A stretch of DNA of 64,000 nt from Clostridia bacterium (GCA_045656865.1 JAZOSB010000025.1:8032-72031), one strand, 5' to 3'. Positions 1 to 10,523 are shown, counted from the stretch's first letter. Made by a program: numbers and translations. Notes: generated by a model from the sequence alone, not told the origin.

Positions 1-598
1 CAACAAATGCCTTTGCAGGCTCGTTGTCGATGATTACGCAGTCAACTTTACCGATTTTAAGTGCTTCAACAGCGTCAGCACCCTTGTTGAAACGGGAAAC
101 TGTGCCAAGACCTTCGTCTTCGATATCCCATGTGGAGTAAAGGTCGCCTGTTGTACCTGTCTGAACACCGATTGTGTAATTCTTATCCCCTGTAAGGTCG
201 TCAACAGTTGTGATTTCGCTGCCCTCGTTTACGATAACAACCTGAACACCTGTTGCATAGCTTTCAGAGAAATTAACCTCTTCAAGTCTTTCATCTGTAA
301 CTGTCATACCTGCCATACCCATATCATACTTGCCTGCAACGATTGCGGGGATGATAGAGTCGAATGCAGTATCAACAATTTCAAGCTCCATACCGAGCTT
401 TTCAGCGATAACTGCTGCGATTTCTGCATCAATACCTACAACCTTGTCACCCTCGTAGAATTCATAGGGAGGGAATTCAGCGTTTGTAGCCATTGTGAGA
501 ACTTTCTTCTCTGCACCGTCATTTGTCTTTTCACCGCAAGCTGCGAACACAAATACGGAAAGTGCAATTACAAGGATAAGAGAAATAATCTTTTTCAT
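1..598 (-). CDS. Amino-acid ABC transporter substrate-binding lipoprotein (C-terminus outside window)
   Basis: Not in ORF track because it is truncated. The reverse strand reads MKKIISLILVIALSVFVFAACGEK... from an ATG at 598. It has a signal peptide with a lipobox (FAAC) and family-3 SBP motifs (ATNAEFPPYEF, GIDAEIA, YDMGMAGMT). An SD-like GGAGG lies upstream. Confidence 0.85.
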   Translation of the reverse strand, partial: MKKIISLILVIALSVFVFAACGEKTNDGAEKKVLTMATNAEFPPYEFYEGDKVVGIDAEIAAVIAEKLGMELEIVDTAFDSIIPAIVAGKYDMGMAGMTVTDERLEEVNFSESYATGVQVVIVNEGSEITTVDDLTGDKNYTIGVQTGTTGDLYSTWDIEDEGLGTVSRFNKGADAVEALKIGKVDCVIIDNEPAKAFV

Positions 599-696
599 TA
601 TAAAATACCTCCAAAATTTACTTAGTATGTTTTCATTATAATACAAATGTATAAATTTGCAAGCATTTTTTGTAAATATGCGAAAATTATACAATT

Positions 697-1500
697 TTAT
701 TTCTTAAGAAACAGAGTCTTTTCGTATGCCTTGCTTATTGCATTTACTGTTGTTGCACGGAAAGCTCCCATTTCAAGAGCTTTTACCCCCTCAATCGTTG
801 TGCCACCGGGGGAACATACATTATCTTTAAGCTCACCGGGGTGCTTGTCTGTTTTAAGAACCATTTCAGCGGCTCCTTTTACTGTTTCTGCCGCATATAA
901 AAGTGCCTTGTCACGGGGAAGTCCGCACAGAACCCCGCCGTCAGAGAGGGCTTCAATGAATAAATATACAAAAGCAGGTCCGCATCCTGAAACGGCACTT
1001 GCTGCATCCATAAGCTTTTCGGGAATACGGTCGGTAATGCCTGCCTTTTTGAAAATTTCACAAAATTCTTCCGTTTCCTTAACTGTTATTTCATCATCGC
1101 AGGAGTAGAGAATTACTCCGCTGCCCACTGCTGCGGGAGTGTTGGGCATAATGCGTATAACGGGAGCGTTGAAGCCAAACGCCTTTTCAATAGACTCAAT
1201 GCTGATACCTGCCGCCATAGAAATTACGATATATCTGTCCTTTCTCTTCTTGAGAGTGGGCGCAATTTCCTTGATTGTGTCAAAAATAACCTGAGGCTTA
1301 ACCCCGAGGAATATATATTTGCAGTTTTCCGCAATGGTTTTGTTGTCGGACTTGTTTGCAAAAATTTCTTCTGCAAGTGCCTCTGCCTTTTCCTTCATAA
1401 AATCTGAAAGAAAAACAAATTTTCCGCCAATGGATTTTGCCGCCGCCTTTGCAAGTGCGCCACCCATATTGCCTGTGCCGATAAAACCTGCTGTAATCAT
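697..1500 (-). CDS. proC: Pyrroline-5-carboxylate reductase
   Basis: 267 aa. N-terminal Rossmann motif GFIGTGNMGGAL and a conserved C-terminal SPGGTT motif. Last gene of the proB-proA-proC run. Confidence 0.92.
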   Translation of the reverse strand: MITAGFIGTGNMGGALAKAAAKSIGGKFVFLSDFMKEKAEALAEEIFANKSDNKTIAENCKYIFLGVKPQVIFDTIKEIAPTLKKRKDRYIVISMAAGISIESIEKAFGFNAPVIRIMPNTPAAVGSGVILYSCDDEITVKETEEFCEIFKKAGITDRIPEKLMDAASAVSGCGPAFVYLFIEALSDGGVLCGLPRDKALLYAAETVKGAAEMVLKTDKHPGELKDNVCSPGGTTIEGVKALEMGAFRATTVNAISKAYEKTLFLKK

Positions 1501-1517
1501 AAAGTCATCTCCTTTTG

Positions 1518-2774
1518 TTATCTTATTTGTCCGTTTCCTTTTATAATATATTTGTAAGTGTTAAGTTCTCTAAGTCCCATAGGCCCTCTTGCATGAAGTC
1601 GCTGGGTAGAAATTCCCATTTCACAGCCAAGCCCAAACTCTCCGCCGTCGGTAAAACGGGTGGACGCATTCACATAAACGGATGAGCTGTCAACTGCCGC
1701 CACAAAAAGACGTGCATTTTCTTCGTTTTGTGTAAGAATACTCTCACTGTGTCCCGTTGAATGGAGTGTGATATGCTCTATTGCTTCATTTACGCTGTCA
1801 ACCACTTTCACAGCAAGGATATAGTCAAGAAATTCTGTGTCAAAATCATTTTCCCCAGCTTTTTTTGTGCCGAGGACTTTATAAGCTCTTTCATCACAGC
1901 GAAGCTCTACGGGATTTTCTGCTCTTTCATTAACAAGCCTTTCTTTTACAAGGGGAAGAAAGCTTTCTGCTATGTTTTTATGAACAATAAGGCACTCTGC
2001 CGCGTTACAAACCGAGGGACGGCTTGTTTTTGCGTTTTCAATTATGTCAAGTGCCATATTTATATCTGCACTTTCGTCAACAAATATGTGGCAGATGCCC
2101 GTTCCCGTTTGTATGCAGGGGACTTTCGCATTTTCAGTGCAAGCCTTTATAAGTCCTGCACCACCGCGTGGAATGAGTAGGTCGACATACCCTACTGCCG
2201 TCATAAGGTCAGTTGCACTCTGCCGTGTTGTGTCGGACACCAAGTTTACAAGGTCGGGAGAAAGATTGCACTCGGAAAGTGCTTCCTTAAGGGCATCTAC
2301 AATAGCTTTTGCACTGCCCCTTGCTTCTTTTCCTCCTCTAAGAACGCAGACATTTCCGCTTTTTAAGGAAAGTGCCGCCGCATCACTTGTAACGTTAGGA
2401 CGGCTTTCGTAAATAATTGCCGTAACGCCAATTGGTACGGAGGTTTTTTCTATTATAAGTCCGTTTTCACGCTGTGTTCTTTCAATAACGTTTCCTACTG
2501 GGTCGGGAAGAACGGCTACATCACGGATTCCCTTTGCCATTCCCTTAATCCTTTCAGGGGAAAGTGAGAGGCGGTCTATCATAACCTCGGAAATAATTCC
2601 TTTTGCATTTTCTACATCAATTTTGTTTGCGGCAAGAATCTTGTCGGTATGCTCAATAAGCTTATCCGCCATTTTTAAAAGTGCAGTATTTTTGGTTTGG
2701 GTATCAAGCAGCATTGCGGAAAGCTTTGCCGCTTTTGCTTTTTCAAGTATCTGTTGTGTGGTCATTTTCTTCAC
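1518..2774 (-). CDS. proA: Glutamate-5-semialdehyde dehydrogenase (gamma-glutamyl phosphate reductase)
   Basis: 418 aa, aldehyde-dehydrogenase-like. It shows typical ProA blocks (IYESRPNVT, CNAAE.LIVH, HSTGHSE). Its start overlaps the proB stop by 4 nt. Confidence 0.93.
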   Translation of the reverse strand: MKKMTTQQILEKAKAAKLSAMLLDTQTKNTALLKMADKLIEHTDKILAANKIDVENAKGIISEVMIDRLSLSPERIKGMAKGIRDVAVLPDPVGNVIERTQRENGLIIEKTSVPIGVTAIIYESRPNVTSDAAALSLKSGNVCVLRGGKEARGSAKAIVDALKEALSECNLSPDLVNLVSDTTRQSATDLMTAVGYVDLLIPRGGAGLIKACTENAKVPCIQTGTGICHIFVDESADINMALDIIENAKTSRPSVCNAAECLIVHKNIAESFLPLVKERLVNERAENPVELRCDERAYKVLGTKKAGENDFDTEFLDYILAVKVVDSVNEAIEHITLHSTGHSESILTQNEENARLFVAAVDSSSVYVNASTRFTDGGEFGLGCEMGISTQRLHARGPMGLRELNTYKYIIKGNGQIR

Positions 2775-3538
2775 CTTTTTCCCACAAATTTTGTGCCGAC
2801 GCTTTTACCCTCTACAATATCATAAAGAACATAGGGGTTTGCGCCGTTTGTGATTACCATATCAATTCCGCTTTCACTGCAAATCTGCGCTGCCTTGATT
2901 TTGGTTGCCATACCGCCCGTGCCGAGAGAAGAGCCTTTCCCACCTGCAACAGCAATGATTTCGGGGGTGATTTCGGGAACAACATCTATAAGCTTTGCAG
3001 CCTTGTCCTTGTGAGGGTCGGCTGTGTAAAGCCCATCAATATCAGATAAAAGCACTAACAAATCTGCTTCACAGCTCTTTGCAACGAGAGCAGAGAGGGT
3101 GTCGTTATCGCCTACCGAGATTTCTTCCGTTGCAACGGTGTCGTTTTCGTTTATAACGGGAAGTGCACCAAGCTCTAAAAGACGGAGCATAGTATTTTTG
3201 AAATTGCCCCCTCTTACGCTGTCCTCAATATCGGGCGAGGTTACGAGAAGCTGCGCAACGGTATGATTATATTCGGAAAAGAGCTTGTCATATGTATACA
3301 TCAGCTCGCACTGTCCTACAGCGGCAGCCGCCTGCTTGGTGGGCATATCGTCGGGGCGGGTAGAAAGGGACAGCTTTCCCATTCCCATACCTATTGCACC
3401 CGAGGATACGAGAATTATCTCGTTGCCTGCATTTTTAAGGTCGCTCAAAACCTTGCACAAGTCCTCCACGTGACGGATATTAAGATGCCCCGTTGAGTGA
3501 GCTAATGTTGATGTACCAACTTTTACTGTTATACGCAT
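2771..3538 (-). CDS. proB: Glutamate 5-kinase (short form, no PUA domain)
   Basis: The amino-acid-kinase fold begins at MRITVKVGTSTL. I chose the ATG at 3538, which is preceded by AAGGAAG, rather than the ORF-track start at 3589. The 255-aa length leaves no room for a C-terminal PUA domain. Confidence 0.9.
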   Translation of the reverse strand: MRITVKVGTSTLAHSTGHLNIRHVEDLCKVLSDLKNAGNEIILVSSGAIGMGMGKLSLSTRPDDMPTKQAAAAVGQCELMYTYDKLFSEYNHTVAQLLVTSPDIEDSVRGGNFKNTMLRLLELGALPVINENDTVATEEISVGDNDTLSALVAKSCEADLLVLLSDIDGLYTADPHKDKAAKLIDVVPEITPEIIAVAGGKGSSLGTGGMATKIKAAQICSESGIDMVITNGANPYVLYDIVEGKSVGTKFVGKR

Positions 3539-3551
3539 AATATTACTTCCT

Positions 3552-4499
3552 TTATAATAGTTCTGAGAGTATACTCTGCATTTCATCAAGTGATGTTGCC
3601 GTGTTAATTTTGTTTCGCAGTTGTGCTGCTCCGCTAAGTCCCTTTATATACCATGAGCCGTGCTTTCGTGCCTCGCGGATGCCGATATATTCACCCTTGA
3701 GCTGACACATAAGGGTTATATGCTCCATCGCAAGGGAGATTTTTTCCTCTGCCGTGGGGTTTGTCAAAACCTCGCCAAGGGAAAAAAGCTCATTAATCTG
3801 CCTGAAAATCCATGGATTCCCCTGACTCCCTCTGCCAACCATTACGGCAGAAGCACCTGTTTCTGTAAGCATACTTTTTGCATCATATGCGGTGAAAATG
3901 TCACCGTTGGCAATTACGGGGATAGAAACGGCGGCTGAGACCTTGCGGATAATGCTTCTGTCAGCTTTTCCGCTGTAATATTGCTCCCTCGTTCTGCCAT
4001 GAACGGTAACTGCCGCCGCACCGCAGTTTTCCGCAATGCGTGCAAGCTCAACGGCATTTATGTGATTATCGTCCCAACCGCTTCGCATTTTGACCGTTAC
4101 GGGCTTTGTTGCCCTTTCGCAGACTGCACCAATGATTTTTTCAGCCTTGGAAAGGTCACGCATTAACGCACTGCCCTCACCGTTTCCTGTAATTTTCGGT
4201 GCAGGACAACCCATATTTATATCGGTGAATAGTCCGTGCTTTTCAACCTCGGGAACGGCATCCGCCATTATGTCGGGGTCGCTTCCGAAAAGCTGTACCG
4301 CGGTTGGAAGATTTTCCGTCTTCATAAGAGTGCCTGTTTTTTTATCGGCAAAGGACAGCGCCTTTGCACTGACCATTTCCGTGTAGGAAAGCCCTGCGCC
4401 GAAACGGTCGCAGATTATACGGAAGGCAAGGTCGGTGACCCCTGCCATCGGGGCAAGAAATATATTGTTTTTTAGTTCTACATTACCTATTTTCATCAT
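3552..4499 (-). CDS. dusB: tRNA-dihydrouridine synthase
   Basis: 315 aa with the Dus family signature (LAPMAGVTD, NMGCPA, TVHGRT). Confidence 0.9.
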   Translation of the reverse strand: MMKIGNVELKNNIFLAPMAGVTDLAFRIICDRFGAGLSYTEMVSAKALSFADKKTGTLMKTENLPTAVQLFGSDPDIMADAVPEVEKHGLFTDINMGCPAPKITGNGEGSALMRDLSKAEKIIGAVCERATKPVTVKMRSGWDDNHINAVELARIAENCGAAAVTVHGRTREQYYSGKADRSIIRKVSAAVSIPVIANGDIFTAYDAKSMLTETGASAVMVGRGSQGNPWIFRQINELFSLGEVLTNPTAEEKISLAMEHITLMCQLKGEYIGIREARKHGSWYIKGLSGAAQLRNKINTATSLDEMQSILSELL

Positions 4500-5560
4500 A
4501 AATTAAGCTTCATATCGCCCTGCTTTATTATGTTGAGCTTCCTCATTCCCTCGGAAATCACAAGAGAAATTATTGCAGGGAAGATAAAATACATCAGAAT
4601 ATTATAAAGAAGAGCAAGCATCGGGTCCATCTTGGATGCCATTGTTTCAAAGCTCATTATCGGTCCTACAAGACCTGCCGTTCCCATACCGCTTCCCGTG
4701 GGATTACTCTCCATACGAAATACCATTGTGGAAAGAGGCCCTAAAACAGCACTTGTAAATATAGATGGAATCCAGATAAGAGGATGCCTCATAATGTTGG
4801 GAATCTGGAGCATACTTGTGCCAAGTCCCTGAGCTACAAGACCGCCAAACTTGTTTTCACGGTAGCTTGTTACTGCAAAGCCTATCATATTGGCACAGCA
4901 ACCCACTGTTGCCGCACCTGCCGCAAGTCCGTCAAGTCCCAAAATAATACCGATTGCCGCCGAGCTTATGGGGAGAGTAAGGAACATTCCCATAAGAACG
5001 CTGACAACAATACCCATAGTGAAAGGATTCTGTTTTACGCCCCAGTTTACCATAGCACCGAGGTCTGCCATAAATTTTGAAATGGGAGGGCCAACAAGAA
5101 GAGCTATTGCCGAGCCTGCAAGAATACAGCAGACGGGAGTTACTATTATATCAACCTTTGTCTTTCCGCTGACAAGCTTACCTACAAGGATTGCCGTGTA
5201 TGCCGCAATGAATGCACCCAAAGGCTCTCCGGGAGGGGTAATGGAAAATGTGCCGTTTACGAAGAGTGTGCCTGCAAGGATTTTTGCTGCATAAGCACCT
5301 ACCATACCTGCAACTGCGGCACTTACCGTTGTAAGCTGTGATGAACGGAACTTACACGCAACGCCGACACCGATACCTGCACCTGTTAAGAGAGAGGCAA
5401 TTTTACCGCTGATAATAAGGAAATTACCTGTACTGCCGCCGATAAACGAGCCTGCCTGAGTAAGAATTGTTCCTACAATCAATGTGGCAAAAAGCCCGTA
5501 AGCCATACCGCTGAGGCCGTCGATAAAGATATGGTTGAGTATTCCTTTTAATGTTCTCAT
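4496..5560 (-). CDS. PTS EIIC-like polytopic membrane protein (PfoR / COG3641-like)
   Basis: About 354 aa from the ATG at 5560 (the track start at 5581 is a TTG). It is highly hydrophobic and glycine-rich with multiple predicted helices. Assignment to the PfoR-type EIIC-related family is by recalled resemblance only. Confidence 0.6.
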   Translation of the reverse strand: MRTLKGILNHIFIDGLSGMAYGLFATLIVGTILTQAGSFIGGSTGNFLIISGKIASLLTGAGIGVGVACKFRSSQLTTVSAAVAGMVGAYAAKILAGTLFVNGTFSITPPGEPLGAFIAAYTAILVGKLVSGKTKVDIIVTPVCCILAGSAIALLVGPPISKFMADLGAMVNWGVKQNPFTMGIVVSVLMGMFLTLPISSAAIGIILGLDGLAAGAATVGCCANMIGFAVTSYRENKFGGLVAQGLGTSMLQIPNIMRHPLIWIPSIFTSAVLGPLSTMVFRMESNPTGSGMGTAGLVGPIMSFETMASKMDPMLALLYNILMYFIFPAIISLVISEGMRKLNIIKQGDMKLNL

Positions 5561-5710
5561 TTGTAACGCCCTTTCAAACAATTTCCTATATTATATATAA
5601 AAAAATCGGGCTATTCAAGTAAAAAAGGCGGAAAAGCAAAAAAAACTATTGAAATTTATGATTTTTATGCTACAATGAAAGTAACATTCTATATAAAAGA
5701 GGTGTAGACA

Positions 5711-5884
5711 ATGGCTTATATTATTAATGATGATTGCATCAGCTGTGGTGCTTGCGAGGCAGAATGCCCCTGCAGCTGCATCAGTGAAGGTGATGGAAAG
5801 TACGTAATCGACGCAGACGCTTGCGTAGAATGCGGTGCTTGCGCAGGTGTATGTCCTGTTGCTGCTCCCAACCCTGCTGAATAA
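5711..5884 (+). CDS. fdx: 2x[4Fe-4S] clostridial-type ferredoxin (57 aa)
   Basis: Missed by the ORF track because it is under 60 aa. Translation is MAYIINDDCISCGACEAECPCSCISEGDGKYVIDADACVECGACAGVCPVAAPNPAE. It carries two CxxCxxCxxxCP clusters, an AGAGGTG SD upstream and a terminator downstream. Confidence 0.92.
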   Translation: MAYIINDDCISCGACEAECPCSCISEGDGKYVIDADACVECGACAGVCPVAAPNPAE

Positions 5885-5902
5885 TTCAGTAAATAAAAAA
5901 GA

Positions 5903-5930
5903 AAAGCCGCCTTTTGGCGGCTTTTACTTT
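5903..5930 (+). terminator. Rho-independent terminator after ferredoxin
   Basis: AAAGCCGCC-TTTT-GGCGGCTTT followed by a T-rich tract. Confidence 0.8.
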
Positions 5931-5943
5931 ACAGGTGGATAAG

Positions 5944-6657
5944 ATGATATACGATTACGAAAAAGTAGAGGACTTAGGTCTTAAAGGATATAAAATAATA
6001 CAGAACAAGGACGGTTTTTGTTTTGGCAGTGACGCAGTACTTCTTGCCCGTTTTGTAAAGCTAAAAAAAGGGGCAAGGGTGCTTGATATGTGTACGGGAA
6101 CGGGGATTATCCCTGTGCTTCTGTGGGGAATGTGTGAGCTTTCGGGAATTGATGCCGTGGAAATTGTGCCTGAGGTCAGCGATATGGCAAAAAGGACAAT
6201 GGAGCTTAACTCCCTGCAGGATAAAATCCGTGTGCATAACGAGGATTTAAAAAACTGTAAGAAGCTGTTTGGTGCACATTCCTTTGATGCAGTTACCTGC
6301 AATCCGCCCTATATGAATGCAGGCGGGGGGCTTGTAAACCCAAAGGATAAGCTTGCTATTGCACGCCACGAAATCTGCTGCAGTCTTGATGATGTGGTAA
6401 GGTGTGCAAAAGAGGTGTTAAAGCCCTGCGGAAAGCTTTTTATGGTGCATCGGGCAGACAGGCTTTGCGATGTTATAACAACATTCCGCAAGTACAATAT
6501 TGAGCCAAAACGCCTTGCTGTGGTGTATTCTTCCGAGGGGAAGGGTGCAAACCTGATTCTGGTAGAGGGTGCTGAGGGCGGTAAACCCCAGCTAAAATTA
6601 GAGCCTGCCGTGTTTATGTACGACCGCGACGGAAATTACATACAGAGCTTAAAATAA
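5944..6657 (+). CDS. tRNA (adenine-N6)-methyltransferase, YabB/TrmN6-like
   Basis: SAM-binding motif LDMCTGTG and the N6-adenine MTase motif NPPY. It sits immediately upstream of rsmI, as yabB-yabC do in Bacillus. I chose the ATG at 5944. Confidence 0.8.
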   Translation: MIYDYEKVEDLGLKGYKIIQNKDGFCFGSDAVLLARFVKLKKGARVLDMCTGTGIIPVLLWGMCELSGIDAVEIVPEVSDMAKRTMELNSLQDKIRVHNEDLKNCKKLFGAHSFDAVTCNPPYMNAGGGLVNPKDKLAIARHEICCSLDDVVRCAKEVLKPCGKLFMVHRADRLCDVITTFRKYNIEPKRLAVVYSSEGKGANLILVEGAEGGKPQLKLEPAVFMYDRDGNYIQSLK

Positions 6658-6669
6658 CGGAGAATTATT

Positions 6670-7509
6670 ATGAACGGAAAATTATACTTATGTGCAACGC
6701 CCATAGGAAACCTTGGGGACATTACATACAGATGTGTTGAAACCCTCCGCACGGTTGACCTCATTGCGGCGGAGGATACGAGAAGAACGTTGGGACTGCT
6801 CAATCATCTGGAGATAGAAAAGCCCCTGACAAGCTACTTTGAACATAATAAAAAGGAAAAAGGCGAATATCTTATAAACGAAATGAAAAACGGCAAAAAC
6901 ATTGCCCTTGTCAGCGACGCAGGTACACCTGCCATAAGCGACCCCGGTGAGGATTTGGTGAAAATGTGTGCCGAGGCAGGAATAGATGTTGTCCCCGTAC
7001 CCGGTGCGGTGGCAGGAATCAATGCCCTTATTACAAGCGGATTTTCTACACAGCGGTTTGCTTTCGAGGGCTTTCTGACTGTTAATAAAAGGGGAAGAAC
7101 ACAGCATCTCAAATCCCTTGTTGACGAGCAGCGGACAATGATTTTTTACGAAGCACCGCATAAGCTGATGGCAACGCTTCGTGATATGCTTGAAACCTTT
7201 GGTGACAGGAGAATTGCTCTCTGCCGTGAGCTTACGAAAATTCACGAGGAGATTTACAGAACAACCTTTACCGAAGCAATTGCAAGGTATGAGGAAAATC
7301 CTCCAAGAGGTGAGTTTGTAATTGTTATTGAGGGGAAAAAAGCAGAGGATATCGCTTCCGAAAAGGAAGCCATATGGAATACTATGTCCGTTTCCGACCA
7401 TATTGAGATGTATATAAAGGATGGAATGACGGAAAAGGATGCCTTAAAAGCTGTGGCAAAAGACCGTGGTGTAAGTAAGCGTGACATTTATAATGAATAT
7501 AAAAGATAA
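6670..7509 (+). CDS. rsmI: 16S rRNA (cytidine1402-2'-O)-methyltransferase
   Basis: 279 aa with the tetrapyrrole-methylase fold. N-terminus LYLCATPIGNLGDIT...IAAEDTR is typical of RsmI. Confidence 0.92.
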   Translation: MNGKLYLCATPIGNLGDITYRCVETLRTVDLIAAEDTRRTLGLLNHLEIEKPLTSYFEHNKKEKGEYLINEMKNGKNIALVSDAGTPAISDPGEDLVKMCAEAGIDVVPVPGAVAGINALITSGFSTQRFAFEGFLTVNKRGRTQHLKSLVDEQRTMIFYEAPHKLMATLRDMLETFGDRRIALCRELTKIHEEIYRTTFTEAIARYEENPPRGEFVIVIEGKKAEDIASEKEAIWNTMSVSDHIEMYIKDGMTEKDALKAVAKDRGVSKRDIYNEYKR

Positions 7510-7587
7510 TTTTCTATGATTTTCCTTGACAAACCGTGTATATAATGGTAATATATCAAAAGACAAATGTACACGGGTGGTGGACAC

Positions 7588-8022
7588 ATGGAACAGAGAA
7601 AGCTTGTAATCGCCGATTTGTCGGTGCTTCCGCCGGTTTATCACAAGATTTTGAAGGTTAAGGAGCTTTTGGAATCGGGAGTGGCAGAAACGGTGAATGA
7701 AGCTGCTGATATGGCAGATGTTTCAAGAAGTGCGTATTATAAATATAAGGACTATGTATTCCCTTTCAATCAGATGCAGGGGATCCTCACGCTCCTTATC
7801 GCGGCAATTGACATAAAGGGTGTTCTCAGCGATATGCTGGCATTTATGAGTGATGCCGGCTGCAATATTTTGACAATAAATCAGAACGTTCCCATAAACG
7901 GTGTGGCAAATATCACTGTAACGATACAGACCGAACAGATGAAGGTCAGCACAGACCGACTTATTACGGGACTTCAGACTATCCGCGGTGTGCGGAAAGT
8001 AAATATACTAGCAAAACAATAA
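7588..8022 (+). CDS. ACT domain-containing protein (UPF0735-like)
   Basis: About 144 aa from MEQRK. It has an N-terminal helix-turn-helix-like segment and a C-terminal ACT fold. It is the first gene of the hom-aspartokinase operon. Confidence 0.7.
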   Translation: MEQRKLVIADLSVLPPVYHKILKVKELLESGVAETVNEAADMADVSRSAYYKYKDYVFPFNQMQGILTLLIAAIDIKGVLSDMLAFMSDAGCNILTINQNVPINGVANITVTIQTEQMKVSTDRLITGLQTIRGVRKVNILAKQ

Positions 8023-8036
8023 AGGAAGGCATACAG

Positions 8037-9239
8037 ATGAAAAAAATTGCTATTATCGGCTTCGGTGTCGTTGGCTCCGGAGTTTACGAAATCATAAGAA
8101 AAAATAAAGACATCCTCGCCAAAAAAGCAGGGGAGGAAATCGATGTCAAGCGTATTCTTGACATCCGTGACTTTGACTCTCACAAGGAGGCGCATCTTTT
8201 TACAAAGGACTTCAATGACCTTGTAAATGATGATGAAATTTCAATTATTGTGGAAACAATGGGCGGTATTAAATTCGCCTATGACTATACAAAGGCGGCT
8301 CTTTCGGCAGGAAAGAGCGTTGTTACCAGCAACAAGGAGCTTGTTGCAGCACACGGTGATGAATTTTTCCGTATTGCAAAGGAAAATAATGTCCGTTACC
8401 TTTACGAAGCAAGCGTAGGCGGTGGTATTCCCATCATCCGTCCCCTTGCAAACGACGTGAGTGCTAACTGCGTTGAGGAAATTTCAGGTATACTGAACGG
8501 TACTACAAACTACATTTTAACAAAAATGTTCAAGGAAAACGACTCCTTTGAAAGTGCCCTTAAGACGGCGCAGGAGCTTGGCTATGCGGAAAAAGACCCC
8601 ACAGCCGATGTTGACGGTATTGATGCCTGCAGAAAGATTTCTATTCTGATGTCCCTTGCAACAGGCAAGAAATTTAACAGCAGTAATGTAAATACAATCG
8701 GTATCCGCGCAGTTACTGCCGAGGATGTTCAGTATGCGGCGGCAATAGGCTGTACAATCAAGCTTATCGGCCGTGGCTTTACAAAGGATGGCAAGGCAAA
8801 TGCTTCCGTTGAGCCGATGCTTATTCCTCACAGCTGTCCTCTTTCGGGAATTGAGGATGTATTTAACGGCGTACTCTTAAAGGGTAATATGGTTGACGAG
8901 CTTCTCTTCTACGGAAGAGGTGCAGGAAAGCTCCCCACTGCAAGTGCCGTTGTGGGTGATATTGTGGATATTGTCCGTTCTCCCGAATATAACGATTATT
9001 TCACTTGGAAAGATTGCGGAACTGAAGATGTTATTCCCTACAAGGATATTGAGGCGCGCTTCTTTGTAAGAATTACTGAGGATAAGAAGGACAAAGTCAA
9101 GGAAATCTTCGGTGATTGTGAAATTATCAAGGGTGTTTCCGACTACGGCTTCGTAACAAAGAAAATGAGTGTTGCAGACCTTGAAAAGGGTATAGAAGCA
9201 CTTGGCGGTATAGTAAGTCGACTCAGACTGTTTAGATAA
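8037..9239 (+). CDS. hom: Homoserine dehydrogenase
   Basis: 400 aa. NAD-binding IGFGVVGSG, a catalytic-domain block (GILNGTTNYIL) and a C-terminal ACT-like tail. Confidence 0.93.
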   Translation: MKKIAIIGFGVVGSGVYEIIRKNKDILAKKAGEEIDVKRILDIRDFDSHKEAHLFTKDFNDLVNDDEISIIVETMGGIKFAYDYTKAALSAGKSVVTSNKELVAAHGDEFFRIAKENNVRYLYEASVGGGIPIIRPLANDVSANCVEEISGILNGTTNYILTKMFKENDSFESALKTAQELGYAEKDPTADVDGIDACRKISILMSLATGKKFNSSNVNTIGIRAVTAEDVQYAAAIGCTIKLIGRGFTKDGKANASVEPMLIPHSCPLSGIEDVFNGVLLKGNMVDELLFYGRGAGKLPTASAVVGDIVDIVRSPEYNDYFTWKDCGTEDVIPYKDIEARFFVRITEDKKDKVKEIFGDCEIIKGVSDYGFVTKKMSVADLEKGIEALGGIVSRLRLFR

Positions 9240-9259
9240 TCCCAAAGGAGGTAAATATA

Positions 9260-10471
9260 ATGGGTTTAATAGTACAAAAATTTGGCGGCAGCAGTGTTGC
9301 GGATGCTGAAAGAGTATTCCGTGTTGCAAACCGCGTGGTAGATACCTACGATGAGGGCAATGATGTAGTAGTTGTTGTTGCTGCACAGGGTGATACCACA
9401 GACGACCTGATTGCAAAGGCACAGGAAATTAACAAAAATGCATCAAAGAGAGAGATGGATGTTCTCCTCTCTGCGGGTGAGCAGATTTCCATGTCACTTC
9501 TTGCAATGGCGATTGAAAAGCTCGGCAGACCTGTTGTTTCTCTTACCGGCTGGCAGGCAGGTATGAATACTGACATCAACTACTCAAAGGCAAGAATCAA
9601 AAGAGTAGTGGGTGAAAGAATCCAGCACGAGCTTGACAAAAAGAAAATTGTTATCGTGGCAGGCTTTCAGGGTATAAATAAATTTGACGACATAACAACC
9701 CTCGGCCGCGGCGGCTCCGATACATCGGCAGTTGCAATTGCAGCGGCATTGGGTGCAGACCTTTGCCAGATATTTACGGACGTTACCGGTGTTTATACCA
9801 CAGACCCCCGAATCGTTCCCGAGGCAAGAAAGCTCAATGAAATTACTTATGATGAAATGCTTGAACTGGCAAGCGCAGGTGCAAACGTGCTTCACAACAG
9901 AAGCGTAGAGCTTGCAAAGAAATTTAATGTAAATATGGAAGTGCTGTCCAGCTTTGAAAGAGTTCCCGGCACTATTGTTAAGGAGGAAAACACTGTGGAA
10001 AAAATGTTGATCAGAGGTATTGCCCGTGATAATGATGTAGCGAGAATCGCTCTCGTGAATATTGATGATAAGCCCGGTAAGGCTTTCCAGATATTCTCAA
10101 TTCTTGCAAAGAAAAAGGTTAATGTAGACGTCATTCTTCAGTCTATCGGCCGTGACGGAAGCAAGGATATCAGCTTCACTGTAAGTAGTGACGACCTTGA
10201 AACCGCACTTAATATCATCAACGAAAACAACGCAATTATCGGCGCTGAAAAGGTTATTCACGACGAAAACGTTTCTAAGGTTTCCGTTGTTGGTGCAGGT
10301 ATGACATCCAATCCCGGTGTTGCAGCATTGATGTTTGAAGCTCTTTATGATGCAGGCATCAACATTCAGATGATTTCTACAAGTGAAATCAGAGTAAGCG
10401 TGCTTATTGACAGAAAAGATGCTGAAAAGGCTGTTAAGGCTATACATGATAAATTTGAATTAAATAATTAA
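9260..10471 (+). CDS. Aspartate kinase
   Basis: 403 aa. VQKFGGSSV N-terminus, amino-acid-kinase domain and two C-terminal ACT domains. Confidence 0.93.
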   Translation: MGLIVQKFGGSSVADAERVFRVANRVVDTYDEGNDVVVVVAAQGDTTDDLIAKAQEINKNASKREMDVLLSAGEQISMSLLAMAIEKLGRPVVSLTGWQAGMNTDINYSKARIKRVVGERIQHELDKKKIVIVAGFQGINKFDDITTLGRGGSDTSAVAIAAALGADLCQIFTDVTGVYTTDPRIVPEARKLNEITYDEMLELASAGANVLHNRSVELAKKFNVNMEVLSSFERVPGTIVKEENTVEKMLIRGIARDNDVARIALVNIDDKPGKAFQIFSILAKKKVNVDVILQSIGRDGSKDISFTVSSDDLETALNIINENNAIIGAEKVIHDENVSKVSVVGAGMTSNPGVAALMFEALYDAGINIQMISTSEIRVSVLIDRKDAEKAVKAIHDKFELNN

Positions 10472-10485
10472 AAAAGTATAACAAC

Positions 10486-10515
10486 AAAAACCGCAGGGAT
10501 TTCCCTGCGGTTTTG
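10486..10515. terminator. Bidirectional terminator between aspartokinase and cysK
   Basis: CCGCAGGGA-TT-TCCCTGCGG flanked by an A-tract on one side and a T-tract on the other, between convergent genes. Confidence 0.85.
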
Positions 10516-10523
10516 TTAGTTGT